64,000 bases of DNA from Eledone cirrhosa. Lineage: Eukaryota. The translations under genes and the position numbers were made by a program. The first letter of the stretch is position 1, and each line of letters opens with the position of its first letter. The DNA is taken from contig OZ024740.1 in the NCBI GenBank assembly GCA_964016885.1, positions 291,276,001 to 291,340,000 on the forward strand, given 5' to 3'. The notes under the pieces are model-generated. The model did no database searches. It saw nothing but the letters and a program-made list of their open reading frames with translations, and was not told the origin of the DNA. Shown here in pieces: positions 13,179 through 25,700 of the stretch.

Positions 13179-13366
13179 TATTAAAATATATTTATTTTTT
13201 ACAATTAGAATTGAATAACTGTTTCTCTAAGCTCAACTGACAGAGATTAGTTGTTAAAACCTATAATATATGCTAGTAAATGCTGTCATGATTGAAAGAA
13301 AATGTCAATATTTATAACATGTTCAGCAGCCAATAGTTTGATCAGTTTCTTTTTTTCTTTTTTCTC

Positions 13367-13410
<44 letters not shown>

Positions 13411-14111
13411 TTTTCCAATGTACTTGTAACTATCTCCCAACAAAACTATCTCCTTATTGATAAGAAGAAATCAGAAATTTTCAACAAAGGACTACAACTA
13501 CTTAGATATATTTCTTACCAGCATGACACACATTTTGCTGTTGGGAATTATGATATATTTGATTTCTTCAAACAAGTTTACTGTACATTCTTACCAAAAA
13601 CCTGTTAAGAACTACAGCTGTCCTGTAAGTAGCATTTTAAAAGTATTTTTTGAACTTTTTTTATTTCTCATTTATCCACATCCACTATATATATATATAT
13701 ACACATACATATATATGTATTTATTTTATTAAGGCTAAATAAAACTCTGATGACCCTGGCTAACTCTGGTGTTTCGCCAGGGTCATCAGACAAGAACTAT
13801 ATATATATAGGTGTGTGTGTGTATGCGTATATAATATGTATATGTTTATATATGTGCTTATGTATGCACATGTGTGTGTGTATATATATATATCAGAATG
13901 GAGGTGATAAAAGCCAGTTAGACCATTACTCACCAGAGTACTTGATACTTGGGGGAGTAGAGTGGGTAATATGAAAACTTTGGAACCCTACGGCTGAGCC
14001 CCAGTCGTTTCAACAGCTGGAGCTAAGTCATCGGATTTCCGAATTTTTCATATATATATATATATATATACGATATTAAACAAATGGAAACTATATTTAT
14101 AAAACCATATC

Positions 14112-14177
14112 TATTTCATTATACATATTTCAGGGATACCATATTAAAAATATGGCATGCCTTCTTCAGATAAAATA
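14112..14177 (-). ncRNA. Minimal type I hammerhead ribozyme motif
   Basis: TATTTTAT-CTGAAGA-[AGGCATGCCATATT ttt AATATGGTATCCCT]-GAAA-TATGTA-TA-ATGAAATA. Stem I 8 bp, stem II about 13 bp. Confidence 0.7.
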
Positions 14178-14446
14178 CAATATATAAGCAGTTTTATAAA
14201 TAAATTTGACGTACCATAAAATATTGACAAACTTCCATTTAAAAAAGTTGGTTTGGTAACCCAACAATTTTAAATAAAACTTTTGCATATATATATATAT
14301 ATACAATATATTAACAAATGGAAACTATATTTATAAAACCATATTTATTTCATTATACATATTTCAACTATCCGGGAGCTTCCAACAGAAATGGTCGCAT
14401 TCTTTAAGGGTATGTCAATATTTATTTATAAAACTGACCTATATTA

Positions 14447-14511
14447 TATTTTATCTGATGAAAGCACACCATAATTTGACTTGGTGTCCTTGAAATATGT
14501 ATAATGAAATA
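14447..14511 (+). ncRNA. Minimal type I hammerhead ribozyme motif
   Basis: TATTTTAT-CTGATGA-[AAGCACACC...GGTGTCCTT]-GAAA-TATGTA-TA-ATGAAATA. Confidence 0.7.
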
Positions 14512-14838
14512 AATATGGTTTTATAAATATAGTTTCCATTGTTAATATATCGTATTTTTACTCCAATAATTTGTTGAGTGCTTTATATCAGTTATAAAAA
14601 TACTTGCTTGTTGTATCCCAACAAATTAAATATAACTTCTACATATATATATATATATATAATGTATAATGTATAATAAACAATATAATTACCTCATTAC
14701 CAGAGGTTTCCCGAATATATATATATTATATATATATATATATAATATATATATATATAATATATATATATATGAATATATGTATATATGTATGTATATA
14801 TGAATATATGTATATATGTATGTATATATGTATATATG

Positions 14839-15121
14839 TAAATCAGGAAAGAAGGTTTACATGGTTTGCTATACAAAAAAGTTTTTAATCACATAGCTTA
14901 CATTTGTTTCACTGAACTGGTATGTCTTGAGATCGCTATCCGCCTAATTTTGTGTCACTCGATCGCCAATACAGAATTAATAATTCTGTATTGGCGATCG
15001 AGTGACGCAAAATTAGGCGGATAGCGATCTCTAGACATACCAGTTCAGTGAAACAAATGTAAGCTATGTGATTAAAAACTTTTTTGTATAGCAAACCATA
15101 TAAACCTTCTTTCCTGATTTA
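14839..15121. repeat. Near-perfect 283-bp palindrome (141-bp arms, 1-nt spacer)
   Basis: Centre at 14980 (ACAGAATTA-A-TAATTCTGT). About 3 mismatches between the arms by eye. Confidence 0.95.
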
Positions 15122-15552
15122 TTATTACTCCAAGTGTTTACAACATAGGAATTACAGCATACCCGCAGCATCACTATGAAAACGCCTTGTTGAGTCAAAC
15201 CAAGCCAAGCGTTAATATCATCCACTACCTGGAATACCATAACTGGACTTCACCTAAGTGGACTGCATTTAACTATTATTTGTTAATCCGTATATGTATA
15301 TATGTATATATATATATATAAGAATTTATATATGTATGTATATGTTAATATGTGTGCATGTGTGTATATATGTGCTTATGTATGTGCATGTGTGTATGTA
15401 TATATGTATATACTCCATTTTTTAAAACTCTTTCAAGCGATTAGTACTTACTTTTAAGTCTAGCACTTATTTTGTCAGTCTCTATTTGCTGACCTGCTAA
15501 GTTACAGGATATAAACAAACATTAGTGGTTGTTAAGTAGTGTAGATGTAAAC

Positions 15553-15876
15553 CAGTGGTTCCCAACCTTTTGTGCACCATGCCCTACCTCAACATTTCAA
15601 AAATTGTTATAGCCTCCCAGCCCCTCATTTATATGAAAACAGCAATGATCAACTAAAAAGTGTAAACAAATTGGTATAGCTGGTGCCAGATCCACAATAA
15701 CATGTGGAGGAGGTGAGACGGGAGTTGTTCACAGTAATGTATTCCAAAGTTCCCTTGGTGTAAAAGTAATAAAGTAAAATCTAAAGTTTGTTCTCATTAA
15801 CATCATTTTCAAATGGCCCCCTTAAATATTCAAATCGACCCCTTGTTGGGTGTGCACCCGATGCTAGGAATCACTG
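15553..15876. mobile_element. hAT (Charlie-like) non-autonomous element
   Basis: TIRs CAGTGGTTCCCAAC / GCTAGGAATCACTG, flanked by an 8-bp TSD ATGTAAAC (15545-15552, 15877-15884). Confidence 0.85.
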
Positions 15877-16456
15877 ATGTAAACAAAGTCCCAAACAGAC
15901 ATGCACAAGTTTTTTCCTATCCCCTCTAATATACAATTTTATTTACATTCAAAAGAATCCTTTTGTTTTGTCTGCATTGCTTTGCTTTTCTCTCCTGTGG
16001 CCTTCTCATTGTTATAGTTTTGGTAGGTATCTTGTTTTTCTTTACACTATATTGTCTCATTTGTCAAAAGACTTATTCTGTATGTTTATTTCTCAGTTTG
16101 TTTATTTTCTAGTAGCTGGAATCATATAAGCTATTGATGCAGCTGTAGATACTAGTCCCACCATATGCATCAAAACCAGGCTGTTACATTACCTACAGTT
16201 GGTGGCTAAGGATGTGAGCATTGTTTTCTGTATGCTTGTATCTTATATGTGGTTCTGTCCTCTTTATGCTCATTTTGATATATATGTATATATATATCGT
16301 TTCTGAATTTGTTTAGCAAGATTCTTTATCTGAAAAGGTGTGTTGAAACCGATATTGTTATACTTTGGGAGGGTCATGTTGCCAATAAGAAACACACGCA
16401 CCAGTTGCTTTCACTCCAATTTATTGGCAACATGACCCTCCCAAAGTATAATAATG

Positions 16457-16490
<34 letters not shown>

Positions 16491-16495
16491 TATAT

Positions 16496-16844
16496 AACCT
16501 GATTAGTTCTTTTGTTGTTTTGGTATTGTATGGTTGGGTTTCGCCTGCTGCAATTTTCAATTTGTCAAGCTATTTAGATGTAATGTTATTAATCTGAGGA
16601 GCTACCCTTATTGAGTGCTTTGCTACTCATTCCTAATTGTAGGTCGACTTTGCTTGGCCACAGCCAAAGCTTCGATTTTACTAAGCTTCCACTTGTATAT
16701 ATATATATATATATAAAGTCGACCTACAATTAGGAATGAGTAGCAAAGCACAATAACATTACGTTTAGATAGCTTGACAAATTGAAAATTGCAGCAGGCG
16801 AAACCCAACCATACAATACCAAAACAACAAAAGAACTAATCAGG

Positions 16845-16847
<3 letters not shown>
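16496..16847. repeat. Nested inverted repeat around (TA)n, Penelope-like fold-back
   Basis: About 95-bp arms (16496-16590 / 16752-16847) plus about 35-bp inner arms (16617-16650 / 16715-16750). Confidence 0.85.
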
Positions 16848-16903
<56 letters not shown>

Positions 16904-17049
16904 GGTTATTGTCTTCAACACATAAAAGTTGCTACCTCTGATTTCATACATGCGTCATCTGTAAATAAAGATATATATATACGTTATTCCGGGTTGAATC
17001 GGAGGTAACCACAGTAAGTAAGGTACTCAATACATAGCAGAGTATAACA

Positions 17050-17102
17050 GAGATTCCTGATGATTTCTAATGAATGAAACAGTTCTAGTCCTGTAGAATC
17101 TC
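17050..17102 (+). ncRNA. Type I hammerhead ribozyme motif
   Basis: GAGATTC-CTGATGA-tTTCtaatGAAt-GAAAC-AG ttctagtc CT-GTA-GAATCTC. Perfect 7-bp stem I, 4-bp stem III, GUA cleavage triplet, weak stem II. Confidence 0.75.
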
Positions 17103-17105
17103 ATC

Positions 17106-17179
<74 letters not shown>

Positions 17180-18061
17180 TACAAAGTTATCTCTCCCCAA
17201 CTCTTCCCTTCTTCTTACTACTTCTTTTCTTTCCTTCTCCCTTCTCCGACCCATCACTCTTGCTCATCACTTCCACTTGCTACTACCTCCGCAGCCAGTG
17301 TCTTTGTTGTTGTCTTTCCTAACAGCGAACTGGTGCCAAGTAGACACATTTTATTTTTCTCTCTCGTTGACCTGTCTGTCTATCTAATCTGTTCATTTCT
17401 CACATAAACATCACACCAACAGAAATATATTTATTTTTCAGTTGCACGAGCTGAATATTTTACATACACTTTTAGTTAAATCATTGAAACCACAGCCAGC
17501 CTAAGAGCTGATGAGTATATATCTTTCGTCCATTTTCTTCCTTTTCTCCTTTCTTCCTATCACTTCTGTGGGCGAACACACTTCTATCCTTTAAGGTAAA
17601 TTTTACCCAACACTGTCATTGATGGTATTTTGCTGTTTAACAGCTTTCTTGCATTGAGTTCTTCTCATTATTCTATGAATATGTATATATAATATAAAGA
17701 ATAGTTTGCTCACACATGTAGATGCTATAATATTGCTAATAAAATAGGATGAAGATCCTTAAAGATGGGAACATTGACTACTATGAGGAATCTAACCCCA
17801 TATCTCCCAGATATCAAGGCAACATCTTTTTCCATCTTTAAAGGTCTTAACCCTATTTTATAACATCTACATGCGTGAGCACACTATTTTATATAATATA
17901 TATATATATACGTAGAAAAACTCAATAATGTAGTTAAGTCAGTATCATTAAGATACCAGCCCAAATAAATTTGAGTGGACACTAATACGTTAACTATCAA
18001 GAAAAAGGATTTTGTGTAGATAGAAAATTCGAGTGTGTGTGTGTATACATATATATATATT

Positions 18062-18530
18062 GATGGAAGCTATTGAGTGGGTAGACCAAGAAAAACCTGG
18101 GATGAGGTGATAAAAAAAAGCTCACTTACACCTCTCAAAGACAATGTTACTAAATTGAGATCTTTGCAGTTAAACAGAAGACCTGCCTTCCCTTATATAT
18201 GAACTTAAATCTACAGTCAGTAGACACTTCTTAACCCAATATACACCCCACCCCACATTAAATTGATCGTATAGGTGACACAACAAAAAGCACCCCGTCC
18301 ACACAGTAAAGTGATCGTGTCGGAGACATGGTAAAAAGGCTCCCAGTCCACACTGTAAATGTGGTTGGTGTTAGGAAGGGCAACCAGCTGTAGAAAACCT
18401 GCCAGAAACAGTTCTGTATGAACGAGAAATGGTCACCCAACCAATCTTGCCTCAAGTGGGACAAACCCGTCCAACCCATGCTAGAGTGGAAGATGGATGT
18501 TAAACAATGATGATGATGATGATGATGATA
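18062..18530 (+). mobile_element. 5'-truncated RTE 3' end with (GAT)n tail
   Basis: Begins with the VGRPRKTWDEVIK-coding segment and ends with the shared 3' UTR and (GAT)n. Confidence 0.8.
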
Positions 18531-18689
18531 TATACTCTCACACACACGCAAAGGTTGGGTTTTAATAAAATTTCCATCTTTCAAACATCACCTTGAAGGC
18601 ATTGGTCAAACTAAAACTATAGTAGAATATCCATGTTGTTGTGAAGTGAACTTTTTAACCACACAACTATTCCCATGCCTATATACATA

Positions 18690-19758
<1,069 letters not shown>

Positions 19759-19781
19759 TATATACAAATATATACATACAT

Positions 19782-19812
<31 letters not shown>

Positions 19813-19816
19813 TTTT

Positions 19817-20222
19817 ATTTATAAAATGACATCAGGAGCCCGGACTGGAAGTTATGCTGTAAAATTTTAATTCCATGAAATCACTACAACAGTTTTTTTA
19901 CAGGCAGTCCCCAAGTCAAATTTTCATTTTTCATTTTTCATTTTTCATTTTTCATTTTTCATTTTTCATTTTTCATTTTTCATTTTTCATTTTTCATTTT
20001 TCATTTTTCATTTTCCTATTCACTTTTCCCTATTTTTCATGATACTTTTGGGTTCAATGTAACCCTACTTTGTAATTCTGTTGAAATTACCTGATGAGAT
20101 CATCCTGTCTTGTCTCATCAATGGATGATGGCGCTGAGCCATTGAAATATGTATAGTGATTTCATGGAATCAAAATTTTACAGCATATCTTCCAGTCCGG
20201 CATCTGTTGTCATTTTATAAAT
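19817..20222 (+). mobile_element. Fold-back Penelope-like remnant with hammerhead (20082-20164) and (TTTTCA)n tract
   Basis: About 70-bp inverted arms 19817-19886 / 20154-20222. TGAAATTAC-CTGATGA-...-GAAA-TATGTA-TA-GTGATTTCA. Confidence 0.7.
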
Positions 20223-21081
20223 ACTTTACTCTGTTCCTGCACCTACCACTGGATACCACATCTACAATGGATAACTTGCATAATGTTGTGTGCTTTGATT
20301 GATTCGTTGCATCATGATTAGCCTACCAGAACCACCAGTTCTATCCTTAAGTGATCAAAATAACTTAAATGGTATATATATATATTGACTACTCCCTGTA
20401 TTGGTCCTGGTCGCATTTGTTCCTTCCCAATAATCCTGGAATTAATGTGTGGCTTCCATGTACCGGATACAGCAATTGCACTCCAGAGCACGGGATACAG
20501 GGAAGAACTAACTAATTTATTTGGCTGATTTATATAACGCTCACACATAGTCCCGAACTTACCATTAATAACTAAATGTGTGCACTCTGAATCACGAACA
20601 GGCACTTCAAAAAGGCAAGCCTCCTGAAATCATCGAGCTAGTGGGAAATTTCTGTGTACTAGCACAAACTCAGTTTGTCTAGTTCGATACACACACACAC
20701 ATATACATATATGTATATATATCTAGGGAGTGTAACTTGGAGTTACTGCAGGTTCACCCGGGTGAGCACTCGATGTTTAGGTTCACTTCTGTGTTGAGGT
20801 GGTGAGCTATACAGAGTGTAATATATTGAAAGGATAACAAGGACGATTGGTTACTCGGCAGCTCGATGGACCCTTTAAAAAGGATCTGTCGAGCTGCCGA
20901 TTATTGAGTTGGGTAAGATCGATACAGATCGAATCTTGAGCTGATCAGTGGCGAAACGCGCATCACCTACCAATAAATGTAATGAAGGAGTAACCAATCG
21001 TCCTTGTTATCCTTTCAATATATGTATATATATATACATACACATTTATATATACATACACACACACATATATATATATGT

Positions 21082-21262
21082 ATCATCATTATCATCATCA
21101 TCATTTCATTTTATGTCCGCTTTTTCCCTGTTTGCAAGGGTGGGACGGGAACTGATTTTGGCTTGATTTCTACAGCTGGATGCCCTTCCTAACACCAACC
21201 TCATTTACGGTGAGTGCTGGGTGCTTTTTTTGCTGTGGCACCTCCACGACCACTTTACAGTG
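21082..21262 (-). mobile_element. RTE 3'-UTR-derived short copy
   Basis: (CAT)n followed by ...cttgatttctacagctggatgcccttcctaacaccaacc. Other copies lie near 26494-26590, 27225-27510 and 29043-29270 (-), and 35075-35240 and 54820-55040 (+). Confidence 0.75.
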
Positions 21263-21284
21263 GAATGATAACCCCAGTCCCTAT

Positions 21285-21398
21285 CATCTCATTTCTACAG
21301 CTGAGTAAACTGGAGCAATGTGAAATAAAGTGTCTTGCTCAATGAAACAACACACCACCCGGTCTGAGAATTGAACTCACAACCTTTCGATTGCAAGG

Positions 21399-21402
<4 letters not shown>
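21285..21402 (-). mobile_element. tRNA-derived CORE-like SINE fragment
   Basis: Minus strand GAGTTCAATTCTC B-box, then ttgagcaagacactttatttcac...gctccagtttactcagctgtagaaatg. Same family as 34340-34760. Confidence 0.7.
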
Positions 21403-21461
<59 letters not shown>

Positions 21462-21467
21462 AGGCAC

Positions 21468-21499
<32 letters not shown>

Positions 21500-21507
21500 G
21501 GAGGCAC

Positions 21508-21565
<58 letters not shown>

Positions 21566-22843
21566 ATAGAGGTGTAACACACGAGTTGTGATATATTGGT
21601 AAAAGGAAAAGAAAATGCTGACAAATTGTTCCCAGTGAAAAATAGTTTAATTAGGAATAAGTAAAAATTAGTAATAAGTATTGGTTAGTATTCAGTTTTG
21701 CTTTTAAGTTTCTACCGGTTGCGCATTTCTAATGCTTTTCAAAAATAATTTTGAGATAGGGCGCCCGTGATGTTTGCTCTAATCTCATCAGTTTTGGAAA
21801 TTCTACCTGTTTTATGTGAAAAAAGTGGCTCCAGAGGTATTAAAATAAGTTTCGCGCCAATTCATGTTGCAAAAATTCTTGTGGTCAAAACAATTTTGAT
21901 TGGTCGGTAGAGGTCACGTGAATGTTAAAAAGTGATTTTGCGCCAAATGTAGGTTTGTGGAAGAGTGTCTTTTTTCACCTGATTGAGAAGTCACTGAAAC
22001 ATAAGTCTTTTAAGACAAATATGTGTGTGTGTGTGTAGTAAAGAGGTTCATTGTTGTGATAATGGTCAGTAGGGATGTGCGCAACTGCCAAATTGTATTG
22101 CAATCACAGACTCAAGGCTACGTTCTCGAAATACAAACCTGGCTTGATTTGATCCTGCGACTTCTGCTTTCCTCTATCTTCCTTCTACCTCCTCTATCTG
22201 TCCCCACGGATTATTGCTATGTCTTCTATTAACCACACCTCCCCTATTCAACATCTCCTCCTACATACTTTACAAGTCACTCGGCCTAATCTCCCCTCCT
22301 GCCTCCATCTATCATAGATCATAAACCTATCAACGTCTACCATCTCCCTAGCACACACACAGTTGGACTAGTCCATATCTAGACTTCATTATCGTATTTT
22401 ATCCTCCCCTCTGTTTTACCTCAACAACCATGAAAAATCCCCCTATCTCTCTCGTCTTTGTCACATCCTCCTTCTTCTCTACTTCAACTTCACATGAATT
22501 CCTATAAAAACCTAAACATTCTGGTACGGTAAACATAATCTCTGATGATATGGAATCGATTGTGCATTGGATGTTGAATGCTCTACTAACTATATAATAT
22601 TATAGATGCAGCGAGATCTAGGCAAATTGATGTCTATTGAAACGTATGTTAGAACCGAATAAATCTCTTTTACTGCATCTTTCTGTTCTTTTTGATTCTT
22701 TATACACGCCCCGAGTATAGCTAAACTGGAATATACACCTATTTTCTGCATTTCGTTGAGCACCACTCTGTTGTAAGCTGACCTTCTCCTACACGGTACA
22801 TAACACTGTGTCCTGGAAAACCTTAATGCACTCGTGCATAACC

Positions 22844-22901
<58 letters not shown>

Positions 22902-23097
22902 TATATATACTTTTATTGTATTGTATTGTTGGGTCTTTTTGTTGCTCTTGTAGGAAATATAGAAAATATATTTTGTGACTGCTATTGTTCTTTTTTAATT
23001 TTTTGAATCTCGTTAATTTGTTGATTAACTTCAAATTATAGGAAGATTTGAGTGTCCACATGGCTCTTTTAACATGCTAGTTTGTTGTTGTTGTTCT

Positions 23098-23359
23098 TTA
23101 ACCCTTTCAATATGAACCTGCTTGAGATAGCCTCTGGTTCTAACGTAAACCTCTCATTTTTTAAATGTACATACTTAAATTAAAACCTTCCATCATAATT
23201 CTATATAAGATTATATTTTTAACATCAACGTAATACTAATGAAAAAATTATTTTATTAAGCCCTTTAAAATTTTTTTATTATTTTCGAAGAATGATTGAA
23301 ATATAATTGAAATATATAGAGCAAGTATTTTGTAAGAAATATGGTAATTAAAGGGTTAA
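23098..23359. mobile_element. piggyBac-like MITE
   Basis: TTAA-CCCTTT ... AAAGGG-TTAA ends. A similar start occurs at 12602. Confidence 0.6.
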
Positions 23360-23559
23360 CATCTGGTTAGCTCTGATTATCTATTTTATTATTGTTTTAA
23401 TTAGAGAGGAAAAGACAGTGCTCTTAACACTTTTTAGAGACTCCATGATTGGTGACCTGGCCCAAAATGTTTTCAACAGAGTGAACTCTGTTAAAGGGCC
23501 AGGTGATGGTTTTGAACTGAATGATAAATATAGTCTATCATTCAACTGGGCCACATCAT

Positions 23560-24841
23560 GATTTGAATTTAGAATGCAAGGAGCCAAATGCAAATTTCCC
23601 CATGCATTTTGTTCAACAATCCAATAATCCTGCTATATAAACTTCTTACATACTTGGTACAATGGCTCATTTCTAAGATTTGACCCTCCAGTGGTGCTAA
23701 AACTTTACATCCAGAGATTAAGTGGTCCATTGTTTCAATCTCTTAATTTCAGAATCAGCACTTTGGATCTACTCTATTTCTCATTACATTGGCTTGATAA
23801 TTCTGAGTTAATAAGCTTTGATCTTCAGCAGTTAAGATGAAGCCTTCAATTTCAGTGTTTAGCCCTGAACTACTTAGCCACTGATAGGTATGCTTCAGAT
23901 CAGCATCAGATTGTTTGCTATGGACCAGATATTTGCCATGCAGAGGTCTCTGTTTCCATTTCAATGTTAATTGTCATGCCCTTTTTCTTTGCCATTAAAT
24001 TTATTTTATTAATAACTAGCTGAATGACCCAGCATTGCCTGGGTTACTGCTGTTCTTACAATAAATATGAAGATATATTTTTTTTCTCATAATTATTTCA
24101 AAATATCTATATTTCATAAAAAAAATATCAAAATTGTAATGATAATAGAATTTAAAAATGAAAATCTGTCAATCATGAAGCACCTCAGGGTAAACAATAT
24201 TCATTGTGTAATTTTTTGATGGTGTCCAAATGAATAAATTGTTGTTGCTTCTAACTCGTGAGCAAGAGGGATTGACCCTGAGATTTGTTAATTGAAATAA
24301 CAAAACTTAGTTTGACTGGAAACTGAAGCCTCTTAAATTCAAATGGAACAGCTGTAGGTATGACAGTAATTTTTAGAATAAAGACATTTTTTTCAATATT
24401 GTAAACAAATAAGTGTCAACATCCAAAAGAAATATATATTAATTATTATTTTTGTATGCAGTGTAAATTAACCAAATATAAGCAAATGTATTAACTGCTA
24501 AATTAACAAACAGACACACATGCACTCACACAAACATACAGTTATAAAAAAACATACACAGACATACATTCATATACAAACACATACAGAGTTTCACCCA
24601 CGAACAGACACACATACACTTATAAAAAACACACACACAGACATACATTCATACAAACACACACAGTTTTACCCACAAAGACACACATACACTCACAGAA
24701 GCATACGCTTATAAAAACACACACAGACATACACCCCCAGCCTTTGTTATGTCAGTCATCATAGAAATGTATGTATACTCACACACATATACACTCTCAC
24801 ATACACTCACACACATATACTTGTCAGTCATCACATGTGAA

Positions 24842-24916
<75 letters not shown>

Positions 24917-25700
24917 AATTATCTGTGTATGTGAATAAACATTTACGTGTAAATGTATGCGTATGTAACTTTCTAATGCCTAACGTATGTAACAAACGCA
25001 TAAACACACACACACTCACAAACACATACACACTCATATACAAACTGTGACATAGTCGTCATCGTTGTAGTATTAGTTGACTATAGAAAGATTATTTTCG
25101 ATAAAGTGTTATATTGTTTTAATCCAAATGAAAATAAAAATTACCTGTTGTTACTCCCTGGGTCTAATACTAATACCTTGTAAAATTTGATTTCATTTGG
25201 TCTAGCCATTTGAGAATGTATAAGGAGACAGAGAGACAAAGAATTTTATATATAGAAAGATAACAGCTGCCACAGTTCCCTGTCTGTCCAGTCTGGACAT
25301 CAGTAATGAGACCGGTAGCAAATATGTTGTTCTCTTTCAAGATAGAATAAAGCTTTTTACTCCCCTCGTTTCAGCATCCAGTTGTTAGTTATTTCAAGAT
25401 ATTTGGCCAGTCCAATTGTGGTGGTCTTGTAAGTAAGTTCAAATTGGATCAGGCTACGGCCTCCTTGAGTTCTTGGAAGGTAAAGACAATCTACATCTGT
25501 GTTTGTGTGGTGCATCTTATTACAAGTCAGCAACTTACAAATTTTTGTATCAATTCTCTTTATTTCAGTTATTCCAGTTCAACACATTGAAACTATAAGT
25601 AACAACTGGAGCTGCTAAAGAATTTAGGGATAACTATGTATGCACATGAGAGCAATGTGAACCATAATTTGACACCCTATCTTTACCATGGGATTTTCAT
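23560..25700 (-). mobile_element. Decayed R4/Dong-type retrotransposon C-terminal region, split by a Helitron
   Basis: Minus strand: APVVTYSFNVLNW...LYLPRTQGGRSLIQFELTYKTTTIGLAKYL (about 25270-25620) and KWKQRPLHGKY...YQWL...EIEGFILTAEDQSLLTQNY...DPKC...ETMDHLISGC (about 23700-23965). Confidence 0.75.
24016..25260 (-). mobile_element. Non-autonomous Helitron with internal CA/GT microsatellites
   Basis: Minus strand A|TCTTTCTATATATAAAA start. 3' hairpin ACCCAG-gcaatg-CTGGGT followed by CTAG|T. AT insertion site, no TSD. Confidence 0.8.

Noticed and set aside
17505-17530. CTGATGA at about 17508 as a hammerhead
   Set aside because: No downstream GAAA box or closing stems.
21705-21800. Minus-strand CTGATGA...GCAACCGGTA as a hammerhead
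   Set aside because: The GAAA box is mutated and stem I does not pair; at best a very decayed PLE remnant.
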